A DNA stretch of 64,000 bases, taken from NCBI RefSeq assembly GCF_002571385.2, contig NW_019217786.1:989676-1053675 (forward strand), written 5' to 3'. The position numbers and the translations under genes are program-made. Positions within the stretch are counted from its first letter, which is position 1; the number at the start of each line of letters is the position of its first letter. The notes under the pieces are model-generated. The model ran no database searches, was not told the origin of the DNA, and saw nothing but the letters and a program-made list of their open reading frames with translations. Source of the DNA: Stylophora pistillata. Lineage: Eukaryota. Of this stretch, positions 9,660-22,700 are shown in pieces.

Positions 9660-11915
9660 CTACTTCAACACCATAATATCTTGAAGTGGTTTCCTTTTTA
9701 TGTCTGGAACTGTTGCATCTCTGGCTGGATAACCAATTGGAAGCAGCAGTATGAGCTTTTCATTTACTTTTCTTTCAAGCAAATCTCGCAGCCTTGGTCC
9801 TGCATTCATGGGTGTGGAAGTCACCGTGACTAAACCTGCATTCTGCAAATTACAATGTTAATGATGATAAGTGAGGGGGTTACCTTTTTACAAGCAAAGT
9901 CAAAATAGATTGATTAAAATACCTTTCCTAGACAAAGCAAACAGATCCATTACCCTGGGTTGGGTAAGGTGGGGTGGAGGGAAGGTACTCTTAGAAGTTG
10001 TCAGAAAGGGTCTGTGGCACACCTACTGTATGCACTGAAATTGGGCTACATTTCTCACCCTCAATAAGACACCACTTAAAAGCTAACACCTAATATCTCA
10101 AACCCAACCATGCTACTGCCAGTTATGCTGCAAAATGTAGTTAATACCTAGGCAAAAGTCTCCCCTGGAGAAGTCCTTCAGAAGTTCATACCCCGAATAC
10201 GTCCCTGCAAAGTCCCTCACCCTGAATAAGTCCCCTGTCTTACCTGAATGGCGGCAAGAAGAAGGCCAGTGGAGATGCACACGCTCATGTCATTATAGTA
10301 ATGTGTCTTCTTGCTTCCATCCTCATTAAATCCATACACTTGTTTGAAAATAAGAATAAGATATGGTGCACTGTTCAGGTATGGCTTGGACCAAGTTGTC
10401 TTCACAAACTCAAGATCCTTTACCCACTTTTCTCCCATTCTTTTGGCATAATTTAGTTTTTCTTCTTCTTCCACAATTTCCCGGATTGCAGCCTTCAAGG
10501 ATTTGTCTCTTACTACTACAAAGGTCCAAGGTTCTGTATGAGCTCCACTAGGAGAAGTTCCTGAAAAAAAATTTTAGAGACGAAATGAACTTGGGCTGAA
10601 CAGATTTCACCTCACAGGGATGAGTCAGCCTTAATACAAATGGGGAAAGGGTTTTCAGTGATAGCAAATAATTATGAGGCTTGGTAAAATAATAATTTAT
10701 TCAAACAACGTCAAGACTCCACTCTCTGGTAAAAAGTGTTTTTGTCCTCCTTATTTCAAGTCATCATGGTCAACAGTTTTGAAGAGAAGTTTTTTTGCAT
10801 TTACATGAATATTTTATCTATGAAAATTTAAGAAACCAGGAGGCTCTGTGACCTTGACCCAGTCTTAAAGATGGAGACTTACCATGACGGGTGAAGAATG
10901 CTCAACAGTGATCATAACAATAAAAACCAACCTGTTCAGCTTTTTTAAACTACAACAACAGTTTGAATTAGAACAAATAAAGTTTTTGATCCACCACCAG
11001 GCAATAGCTTCCAGAGTGAGTGAATAGTCATTTTCAATTACTAATACATTTTTAACATATCTATAGCAAGGCATCCTTGTAAATCAGGTTATGTTTTTTT
11101 CATTCTATTTAATTTTCTGGTGAGGGCAGAAACACAATGTTTTATCAGGTAGTCTTAATGCTGGTATGCACATTCATATCCATAACTTGTAACTCCTGAA
11201 GGATTAAATGTGGTTAAATAAAGTTGACTAAGACTAAGACAAAAGAATAGGATACTTCAGTTGTTCTATCATAGGGGGACATGATCACACTTTGGAGGGG
11301 TGGGGGGACATGACTACACTTGAGGTTGGATGACTCGGCTTAGGGGGCGATGTGACATATTATTTGTCCCCCCCCCCTCCCCCTCTCCAACTCAGTAGCA
11401 GGACACACCTCCACCTGACTTAGCAGTTCGTAAAAAACACTTTGCCTCGCCTTTGAAAGGCCGCTAGAGTTTACTAGAGTTAAAATTATTTTAACAGTTG
11501 AGCTTTCATGCCTTCTGTAAGGGTCAAATTTTATTCTAATACCTGCAGTTCTAATGAGATTTTCAATGACTTCAATAGGTACGTCCTCGTCGCTCATTTT
11601 TCGGACTGTTCGTCGATGGTTCATCTTCTCGTAAAACTCAGCCGATATTTTCTTCATTTGATCTTCTTCCAAGCGATCGTCGAACCAGGGATATGGTATA
11701 TGAGGGGCTTCGCCTTCACCGATCGGTCGATAGCTAAGTGGATCGGCAGGAGGTATGGCGGCCAGTTCTTTGTCTTCAAAGGGATCTACATCCACTGTGT
11801 AGCCGGGACTCTGCGGTTGGAAAATTCTGTTAACAAGCCGAGCAAGGAAGATGCCAACCAAAATCGAGGCAATGTACGGCCAGTAAGCGGCGAGGAAAGG
11901 TGCCGAGAATTCCAT
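9660..11915 (-). CDS. IYD: Iodotyrosine deiodinase (nitro-FMN reductase superfamily), about 290 aa; exons 11915-11543, 10560-10244, 9842-9660
   Basis: N-terminal membrane anchor, then [17 protein letters not shown]|[44 protein letters not shown]|[15 protein letters not shown] and [15 protein letters not shown]. Intron phases 1 and 0 are consistent. Confidence 0.95.
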
Positions 11916-12644
11916 GATCTCCTAGCACAACTATGACTCAGCTGAACATCCTACACAAACGGAAAAACCTGATCGAATGTGCACAGGAACACCAGTAAAT
12001 GGCTGAAATGGTCGGAAAGAACTAACAGAGCAACTTCTACGGTAATCGAGACAAAATCGTGGTCCCAATATCTTAAGGAATGACAGAACACACACAATAA
12101 ATTATATTAATTTATTGTGTGTGAAGAGAAAGAGAGTAAGTCGCCCCTGTACTCTGGTTCAGAAGACCTCAGTTGAAGGTGTGATACTCGTGATATATGA
12201 TATTATTGTCTTCGAGCTCTTTAACGCGACCATCTCGGAGAGCTTCATACCAGAGGCCTTTTGCAACAAACCGTCACGTGACTGATTTTCCCTTGGCAAC
12301 GCCTTACTGGAGGGCAAGCCATTCAGTCTTTCCTTGACAACCAACAAAGCGCGGGTGGGCGAAGTGGATACAAAGGTAAAGTAAAAGGACTTTTAAGGCG
12401 TTTATTTGTCGTTATGTCACAAGAAAACAATAAGATAATATCTCTTTANNNNNNNNNNNNNNNNNNNNNNNNNNNNNNNNNNNNNNNNNNNNNNNNNNNN
12501 NNNNNNNNNNNNNNNNNNNNNNNNNNNNNNNNNNNNNNNNNNNNNNNNNNNNNNNNNNNNNNNNNNNNNNNNNNNNNNNNNNNNNNNNNNNNNNNNNNNN
12601 NNNNNNNNNNNNNNNNNNNNNNNNNNNNNNNNNNNNNNNNNNNN

Positions 12645-13095
12645 GTAAAAGCCTTGAAAGTCCTTGAAGATGCTTGAATTTAAAAGTTAAAAACTCAGGC
12701 CTTGAAAGTACTTGAATTTGAGGTCTAAGGCTTGATTTTTGCAATGCTTTTTCTTTAGCAATTTTCAAGTTGAAAATTACAGTACTTTCATGGAAAAGCT
12801 GAGAAAAAATATATTTAATAATTAAAAAAATTGCTAATGGTAACCTTTCCAAAAGTGATTAATTTCCCACGCATGAGATTGCTATGTGATGGTTGTCCTC
12901 CCCTGGGGTGGGATGCGTTTGATTTATTGGGTGAATTACTCGCATGGTTCGCATTTGTTCCGTTCTAGTCCTACCCCACTGCGGTAATGCAGTGAAAATG
13001 GTTAGAAATAAAAAATGGTCCTTCAATTTTCTAAAACTTGGCCTTCAAAGTCATTGAAAAGTCGTTGAATTTCAACCTTTGGCATCTTCAGGAAC
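12645..13095. repeat. Probable non-autonomous DNA transposon remnant with TTGAAAGTCCTTGAA sub-terminal repeats
   Basis: Repeated (CC)TTGAAAGT(C/A)CTTGAA motifs at 12651-12720 and about 13040-13075, next to a roughly 200-N gap. Confidence 0.45.
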
Positions 13096-16000
13096 TTACT
13101 TCTATATGGTAATATATTATTTTGATTGTTGTCTAGTACCATAGCAACATTCATTACACTCTGGACAGCAGGCAAAAATAAACACAAGTAGACTTATTTG
13201 TGACCGGCAATGATGAAATTGCGTGACGACAGTAACAATGGCAATATGGCAGTCTCCTAAAGATAACTCCAGATGTGCGATATTGAAAGCCCGAGTACAC
13301 GCAGATATGCGTCTAGTTTTAAAGTATGGAGCTCTCCAAGATACAGTACAAGCCCTGTTTGTCTTCTCATGGTTGGCCAAAAAAAAGAACGCTGGTAATT
13401 TGTTCACGATATTCACAAACGGAGAAAGAAAACGGTCGGAGTTTCCCATTGATGATGATGTTGCCTAGTTTGAAAACAGCAGGCAGTTGTTATTAAAACC
13501 GTCCCTGTTCCCTGTTCCGTCCCCTGTTCCCCGTTCTCCGCTTCGCGGGTGCCCTGGCCTCGTTCCAGATTATAGGAACATCCACGATCGGCACAAAAAA
13601 AAAACAAAAAACAAAAATAGTTCAGCGTATGTAATAAATGAAATCGAGAAACTCATCTTAAAACTTCCTAAGGGAACAGAAAAGATGAGAAAAGTGAGGG
13701 CTTCATCCCTGAGGCAGATGTATTTTATAAACTGACATGTACATGAAGTGTAGTTTACAATTCCCTCATTTATTTCACTCATGAGGATCGGTTTTCCAAT
13801 TTACCTGAAGACCAAGATCAAGAGATCATAAGTGAACCCTTATGATCTCTCAGGGGTCAATACTTGTTTGTTTTCTTTCAAATTCGTTTCTGGTAAAGAA
13901 TCATACCCACTTGGACTTGCTTATTCACGAAACCTTTTTCCGATGAGAAAGAAAGTGATACGTTAGCATTGATGTTATTCAACATTTTTTTTCTCGAAGG
14001 AGATCTTATAGGGAATGGGGCCTCCAGCCTGAAAATATGTATGTACTTTCTCTTAATCCCACTATGATCTGTCCTCAGTCGATCAATACCTGAACTTTTT
14101 GAAAGAGAAATTATGTAAGAGACTCTATAGAAGCAGGGACAAATAATTTGTTGGAGAGGAAATTTGGACATGTTCCTGTGTCTTTTGAAGACTTTTTGGA
14201 GAAAGGACTGCAAAATACGATGCTTACTCGGATTATTATGATAACTGCAAATAACTTTTTAATGCAGTAGAGCCGAATTACTTAATCTTTTCTGGAATGT
14301 TCTTAGCTGTTTAGTGTGGGACAATTTTGCTTCAAATGGCTAATTAAAGATACGATGAATATTCGATAATCGGCCGCTCGCTAAATTCCATCTTTTTATT
14401 GTGTGTGTGTGTCGCTCTGCGTTACATTTATCATTTACAACACGAAATAGTCTATCAGTACGTGGCTAAACATTTCTCCATTAATCAGTGATTGAGAAAA
14501 CATTATCACGTAGATCTCTCTACTTATGGTCGGGCAATACATCCTGTACTCCTTAAAAAGTATCACACATTTCCATCCAGCTTAAATTAGTGCATAGTAA
14601 TGTTATTGAGTCGACCTCCTATCAATTTTGTTTATATCAGGTAGCGGTATCATATTATTTCTCTCCTCTTCTTTCTCCTCGTAGTTATCATCGTTATCTC
14701 GAGCTTGCTATTTAAAGTTTTATTTTTCGGTTTTGTTCTGTCTTCAAATATAATTAGGTTGTTCAACATCATCTGCAGAAGCTGATAAGGGAGTATTGGT
14801 ACTAATATGGGAGATTTGTGGCTATTTATAAGCCGTGTAATTGATACCATAGTTTGACGTTTCCTGCCTAACGAGCGCGACATTTTCCCTCACGTGCTCA
14901 GCGTGCCGCGCGATCTTTCATCATTCGCGTGATCAGAATTTACAGCATAGTGCAGTTCTGGACGGTGCTCGGTTTTCTTGACGAGACATGCCCGATTGTG
15001 GGAGACTAACATAACGCCCTGCCCCTCCCTCATGTGTGGTCCGTGGCACCTTTTACAAGCCGACTGGCCACTTACTAGCAATACCTTTATGTTTGTTTTC
15101 CTATGTTTGTTTGTTTTACTATGATTGCTTGTTTATTTCTATTAGTTTAAGACACGAGTACGAAACGTCGAAGCTCGTTGGTTATCGAGATCTGCAGAAT
15201 GGAAATGAATTGGTACTGCATTCTGTAAATAAAAAAAATTGATTTAAAAATTAAAAGGTAAACCTGTAGAATCAAAATCAATTTATTCTGAGTTGTTCTT
15301 CAACATCTATTTCAATCGGAAATCTTTATTCCTTCCGTATCAACCACACAAGAGGCTTCCGATATTGTTGAAACTGACACGAATGTGTTGTAGCTCAGTG
15401 GTACAGAATACAATACGTAATAACAAGTCTGGGGCTCGTTTTCTTACGTAACTTTTTCAATGCTCGGTGAAAACGATAAAAGCGGTAGAGCCACAAAACC
15501 TTTCCGTTTCCAAATCTTGTAGCTTCGTCGTGCAATACTGTTTCACATTAGCCAGCTATACATAGGTTGGGGTTGGTGTGAATTCTCAGCGGGAACCACA
15601 CACTTCCTTTGTCCCAAGTTGTTGGTGACAAATGAACTTAACAACTTTTGTGAAAACTGTAATCTCTACGAAGGTTCTGTCGTCACACGACATCATTCAG
15701 TCTCGCTTCTAAACCTCCTCACTTGTATCACAAATAGAATTTGGCGTCAAAATAGTTCATTGCTGAGAGAGAAAAAAAAAGCAGAGAACAGATTGTTCGG
15801 AATGTGGACCGGTAACAACAGGAGATTATTGGCGAAAGTTTTTCTCGTGAGTTATCAATTTTTCCGAGAGATTCTCATATTAAGACTCTCCCATCTCATT
15901 TGTTCGTCGTTAAAGGTTTGCAGGATGTAAAGAAATTCTTAGAAATATGATCTTTTGCGCGAATCATCAGTAAAAATATTTTGTCTGAGCGGAAATCCGA

Positions 16001-16777
16001 GCTTGATTGACAATCTGTTCTGCTTGAAGTTTTGACAGTGACAAAGTGAGCATTCAAGATAGGATTGATATTTTTTCTTTCAATCTTATCTTAACTCCCA
16101 AACAAAAACATGTAGGGTTTCTTAAAGTAAGATTAGCTTCGAGTTATAGGTATTGTTTCCATATCTACATTTTAATATAGCGGATGCTTTAGAAAGTCAA
16201 ATAAAGCGCTAAAGAATTCAGACTAAGGGTGTCTCAAAGTGGATTACCGTACAAACCGCCCTTTTCCCGGATTTGCGTGGATAATATCAAGACTTTTTTT
16301 CTGTTAATTAAAAGCTCCGATCCCGAGCCTTCGCATAATAAACTGCTTGACATGTTTCAAAGAATCCTTATTTTCTTATTGCACTCTACGTAATTTTTTT
16401 CTGCGTACATCCTGAACAGCTTTTGGACTCGAAAAAAGTCTCGTACGCTTTACAATGAAGTAAGATTCTCACTGTTGTTTTTCTCTACATTTAATTCACA
16501 ATAAATTTGTTAACACTTCCGGAAGACGCTCAGCTATTTCTCTTGTTTACGCACGTAGTAATGACACAAAACCTGCGCGCATTTCCTCGCGTGTTCGTCC
16601 GCCGCCCGCGCGTCAAAAAATGACATCCGGCGCGCCCTGAGGGACTGAAATATGAAAACCTTGTTGGATAAATATCAAAGCGGGATTTAATTTCGTCAAT
16701 GCATCGCGCTTCGCTTAACCTCTCCAGTGCATACCACAATGAACGCTGGACGCTCTAGAACGCGCACTGCTGAGAAT

Positions 16778-19700
16778 ATGGACAATTTTCAGCGCTTCCT
16801 GAGTACTGACGAGATCAAAATGGGTTCGGAGCGCTCATCTGCATCGAAGAAAGTAAGAGAGACAACTATTAAATCGTTTTTTGACTTAATTATATAAATA
16901 GCGCCTCTCAGACTGCGACGATGGGGTCGTAATGGCAGCTGGCTGGTCAAGCTGACTGGAATCTTTCCCTTTGCTCTCAGGGAATTTTGCTGCAGAATCT
17001 TGACGAAGGAAAGCCCTGTCTTAAATGCGGAGAAAAATGTTCTGGATTCAGTTTGCACGTGTGGCGGTAAGTGGTCCAAACTCAAGCATCTTAAACTTGT
17101 TTATTTTGTGGGTCCATTTTACGCATACTCTCAGTCGGGCTGTCAGCGAACAAAATTCGCGCACGAACTGAGAATTAATGAAATCGAAATTATAATCCCG
17201 TTGTTTAGACTAAAATTATTCTGTGTGTCACTTAATTAAGTACAATAAAACACAATGAATTTCTCGCGGATCGTGTTGTTCCCACCCGCAGAAAATAATT
17301 CTAGTGCAGCAAATTGTTCGCATTCGTATAACACTTCTTAACTTTGACTGTCTCATCTATTTTTCGCTCGTAAAGGGTGTGTATGAAAGTATTTATCTCT
17401 TAAAGCGCCTTTCATATCTATTTATCCAATTTATCATTTGGCGATCTCTGTGCTAAGGTATCATGAAAGTGAAAGACCCACACTAGTTACTAGAAGGTAA
17501 TATGTCAGTGCAGGCTGGCAATAGCGACTTGTCATTGTGGATATGTGTCAAGTTGCGAGCTGCCGGAGGGCATTAAAACTTCGATTTTCATTCATTAGCC
17601 GCTTCAGTGACTAAATACACAAGCTGTGTCCATGTAAAGCCCAGTGCGAAGTGCCTCGTAGATAATTTTTTCTGTTCGACCCCTGCCGGTTTGTTGGGGC
17701 ACTTAAAGCATTTCGATTGCGTGAGAAGCCTGTTTGAACACTTTATGGAGACTGTGAAGAAAGTAGAGAAGACAAAGCCTCCTCAAAAACCACCCAGACC
17801 TAGTATAAGGTTAGTGAAATGCAATTTCGCGAATGAATGAACACAGTGTGTGAGAATACATTTTAACGAGTACCGATTAAGAACAGATACCTAATTCGGG
17901 TTTCACTGCCTGCCGCTTTGATCAAGAAAACACTCTCAGGAAATTTTCACTTTCAAGAGCTTAAAGTAATAACACGGTGAGACTCTTTTGTACTTACCCA
18001 GCAGAAAAGCTGATCTAAGTGCAAAAGTTTTCTATTCTATTCTTAGCCGAAGAAAAATCGAGCGATATTGACATGTTATTTTTGAACATGAATCGTGACT
18101 GCCGAGCAGATATCAGGAAATCGTGGTAGGCTGTAATATCGCAGAATGACCAACGTCTAAAGATAAATTCTTCTTCGCAGAAGATGTTTAAACTTTCATT
18201 TTCAAACGGGACGGTCTTAAGTACTACAACAACAGTGCAATTATTTTGGACACTCATTTCACGCGTCTGCAGTGTTTATTTTGTTAGACAAGTAAACAAT
18301 TGCGTTCAAAAATTTAAGAGTTTTATGGATTGCCAAAAGATCCGAATTTTTTCCCTTTCCGCTTCTAATGATGCTCCCACAAAAGAAAAGGCCAGATTCT
18401 AGAGAGATCAATCTTAGAAGGCGTTAGAATAACATTTTTCAGACACGTGCCAAAAAACCCGCTGCGCATTATAAAGGCAGCTTTTAGGACGCAGCGCGAA
18501 GGTGACCGACTGAACTTTAATTCCATTTGAGTAGTTTTGTAACCAAACACCGAAAGTTATTTTGTCACAGAAACAGACTTGGTCGTTAGTTTTGACAAAC
18601 TGTGTGTAGAATATTTAATTTATGGATTAATAAACTTTGAGGGAGCAAACTTGCAAGAAGCGAGGAGTTTCTTGAAGGACCTAGTCCTAGCTCTCTCTGA
18701 ATAGCTATAAGTGAGCAATTTCAAGTAAGTGTCCTCGAAAGCATTTGCGAATTTTAATCTTCCTTTGAAGACACATCTTTTAAGTTCCTCGAAGGAATGC
18801 TCTCCGGCCACAACATATGGCGTTACTGCTTTTCCGACCGAAAGCAACAACAGCAACAAAAGGATGTTTTAGAAAAGACTGGTCACTTTTTGTTTCTTCG
18901 GTGTTCCAAGTCTAAACGAAAAATAACCTTCAAACAATTCAAGAGTTGCTGCTGATGTTTTCTTAACGATTTTCATGGAATATCTAAGCGTTTCTGCTTT
19001 TGAAAATGGCGGATAAAATGCCGCAAATTGCCCATGTGTAATTTTAAGGACATCCGTTTCACTAGAGATTGATTATTTCTATAAAAGTTTGCCGAAAACC
19101 ACAAAATATTCATGTAAATTGATTTACCACGTGGAAATCATTCGAAAGCAGATGAAGTTTAAGAACTGAAGACTTGAATTTTAAATCTCTTCGTTTTCTG
19201 TGGTCATATAATAGACACTTCGAAGAAAATTTATTAGGAAAACCACTGGCACTGAAAAAGATGCCTTAAAAAATTCCTCTTGTGATTCTATGATCAATTT
19301 AAGATTGCGTGTTACTTTGTTAAGTGAAACAGAAACATAGCTAAGTTTGGTTCCGATCGGGCGGATATTCAAGCGATTCGGTTTCGGAGAATTTGAGTTA
19401 TTGGGTTGTGGTAAAAATTCATTACACTATGAACACTAGTCGTGGTAGTAAGGTGAGCCATCTGACAGCAATGCATATGCATTGATAAAACTACTAGTTC
19501 GAACCTCGCATAAAAATAAACAGAAGTTACCATCCCTCGTGACATTTAGCGGCCTGTCCTAGTTTTTGGTGAAAGCTTCTGCTTTGCTGAACAATCTTTT
19601 TTATGTCATTGTGAGGAGTTTTCCGTTTGTAATAAGCATCTGTTTACAATCCATACGTTTATTTTGGAAATGAGGATCGCGAAAACCAAAACTATCGTTT

Positions 19701-22700
19701 TTTCCGTACAACCAAGACTCGCTCTTGTTTGAATTGTAGCCATATGACCAACCTACCGCCCAATTTTTGAGAATTTTTCTTAAAAGATTTGAGTTGTTTT
19801 AAAGAAGCAGGGCTGATTTTAACTTTATAAAAAAAAACATTAATCCGTCAGTCTTATAGCTGTTAATCTTTGTAGTGTAAATATTTACTTTTCTTTTGAG
19901 ATCAAGTTGCGAAAATGACCTTTACTTACTGCTCCAAATTTGATAACGATAGACAAGAAGCACTTTTGGAGCAATTAGCTTTTGAGCGCGGAAAGTAAAC
20001 TGAGGTTTTGTTGGTATTGTTTTTTGTGTGGCCCTGTGATAAGCTTAACCACTCAGATGCTGAACTAAAATCAATTGCGACCACACTCACGTTTCTCCCC
20101 TCTTCAGGTCGTGTGCATGTGATTTCGTCGAGTTTTTGTTGGCTCCTTGTAGTATTTTTCTTTTTTCCTGATAGGCCTGTAAAACGGATTTAGGTTGCGC
20201 ATGCAGGTAACGCCAGTATTATTCACGTATTAAAGTAAATCTCATAACGGATATTTATTACATTCATTTTGAAAACACTGGTGGTCCCTGTAATCTGATT
20301 GGCTCTAACTGGTGCGATTTATTCACGAATCGCACCATTTTTTGCTCTAAATCGCATCATTTTACGCTTGACTGAGTTTGGGACACATGACGTCAAAGTC
20401 TTTCTGTTTTGCATGCAAAATAAGATGTAGAAGCATTTCCGGTTCCGCTTTTTATTGAAAAAACCGGCTCAGTACTGCATCAGTAAATATTTAAATTGAC
20501 CAAGTCCTGTATTTGGGCGATTTCAAAATGGATGTAATAAAGTGGTAATTGAACGTCGTGTCATGCAATTTTGGTCATAAATCATACTTGTGATTTTAAA
20601 ATCACGCGTATGATTTCAGCCCAAATTGCACTCCACTCAGTTCAACTACACTTTCGCCTATTCTTTGCAAGTCCCTTGAATTTGGACATTTCTACCGTAA
20701 ATTTACAACAGCAACCGAAGGAATTCGATGAATAAAAGTCGCATGAAATCTCCTTGTGTCTAGCTGGAAAGAGTCTTATTGACTTTAACTTTTCGGGGAA
20801 AGAAAAACCGATTTACACACGCCATTACAGCTGACAACTCCAAAGCATACATTTGCGTTCACTTTCAATTTTACTTTCCGTGACATTTTAAAACGAAACA
20901 GAGGTAAATTTTCGTACATTGATCGTCGTTGAAAATAAACAATACTTTTCGTAAGATCTCCGAGTGTTTTTCAGTTTTACGAGAAGATCGTCAGTTAACT
21001 CGTGTGTGTTTGTCTTACAAGTTCTGTTGTTTATTAAAACGTGTACGCTTCTTTCCTCTTCAATTGACAGGTGTCACATCATGACAGTTACTAATCAAAA
21101 AATGTTTCAAGTTTGCTCGGAAGCCTTTTAAGTTGGGTTAAAGGGAACCTCCATTATTTTTACAAATATCGGCTAAAATGTTTCAATTGTACTTATTAGA
21201 AGATCTGAAATAAAAAAAGGGTCTCACCTAGTGAAATTAATTTTTTATCGTCCTTCAAAGATGAAAGCTTTCTCCTTAGTTTGGATAACGTCTGTTTTCT
21301 TTATTATCCACTCGCTAACAAATTATTAAGTTTATGGAGGATTTTCCCGTATTTAAACTCGTAATTGTAGCCGCAAATCACATGGGTTCTTATGGCAACC
21401 ATTTTCTATGTGTTAGAAAAAAATAGAAAATATTATTGACCAGCATAGGTCGGTCCGTATTGGGAAAAACTGTGGCCTCGGGCGGTATCCAAGACCTCGG
21501 GCACAGTTTTTCCCAATATGTACCTCCGGCTGGTCAATGAGATATTTATGCTTTATGCAGTCATCATACATATGCAAGCGTCAGGGGATGAAGCACTTCA
21601 TACATTTGCCATATTTTTTTGTAACCCTCTGACCACTTGTAACCGTTTAGAATTATCTATTCTTTGAGAGGAATCGACTCAATTCTCATGAACGATGCTC
21701 GGCGTTTTTACAAAGGTCTATGCTTTCCCTCTCTCTGCTCTCATAAATCTGTTCTCTCGCACAACATAGTAACAGTACTAAGATCCACTAAACGTTAATG
21801 ATAATGATTACCATCATTGTGGTAATGTGAACGAAGAGACATCTCTATTGAGTAACATTTTAACAACATGAACATGATTGCACAGTTTAAGACAACCTTA
21901 TATTTTCTTCATTTCGTTATGACGTTAGGTCATTACGTCCAACCGTGAACCAGATTTGACAAGCCTTTTTTTACCCCTGGTAACCTGACTTTTTTTAAAA
22001 TGTGCAATTCCATCTTTCTCGACAGAAAAGTCTGTGCGAACTGCAAATGTCCCCGTGAGAACCATGATCTGTCTGTAGATGTTGATGCTGATGTCGACGT
22101 GGACGAAGTTCAATTCAAAGTAAAAGGCCTTAAAATCAACTCGGACACGAACCGCGAAGATGATTTACCATCCCCTCCCCCGCTGTCAAATAACAATGAA
22201 TACCCAACGATGAGGGTTTTTACTACTCAATCCTCCCCTGTGGATAATGACTTCTTTCCCCCTCCGCCCCCTCCCTCAACGGCCTCAGATTACCTTTGGT
22301 CACCTCCAGGGTTGACAACTGGTCAGGTATGGAAAAACAAATATGTCATTTTCTTTCCGCATCAGAGCCTATTTTAGTCTTACGAAAATTTTTGTGTCTT
22401 CATTAATTTTCTGCATTTTTGGGGGGGATAATCTTGCCACAATTTTTTCATTAAAAGCATCAAAAAAGTTTTCCTTGTTTGAAAAATGCCTTAGCGCTGC
22501 GGTTTAATGGATAAATCGCCATTTAGGAAATGAATATTGGCAAACCGCACCATGCTTTCCGTCGAATAAGATTAATTCCGATGAATAACTTGAAAGTTAT
22601 CTTTGTGGATTAATAGTAAACAGAACCAATAGATTTGCGAACAGAACTTGAAAGACATCTTCATGCTTTAGACCAGGAAGGTTGAAGTATATGTCCTCAC

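Noticed and set aside
9660-11915. Selenoprotein deiodinase (DIO) with UGA recoding
   Set aside because: The motifs are those of the flavin-dependent IYD family and there is no in-frame TGA.
12412-12852. ORFs spanning the N gap
   Set aside because: Artefacts of translating through Ns.
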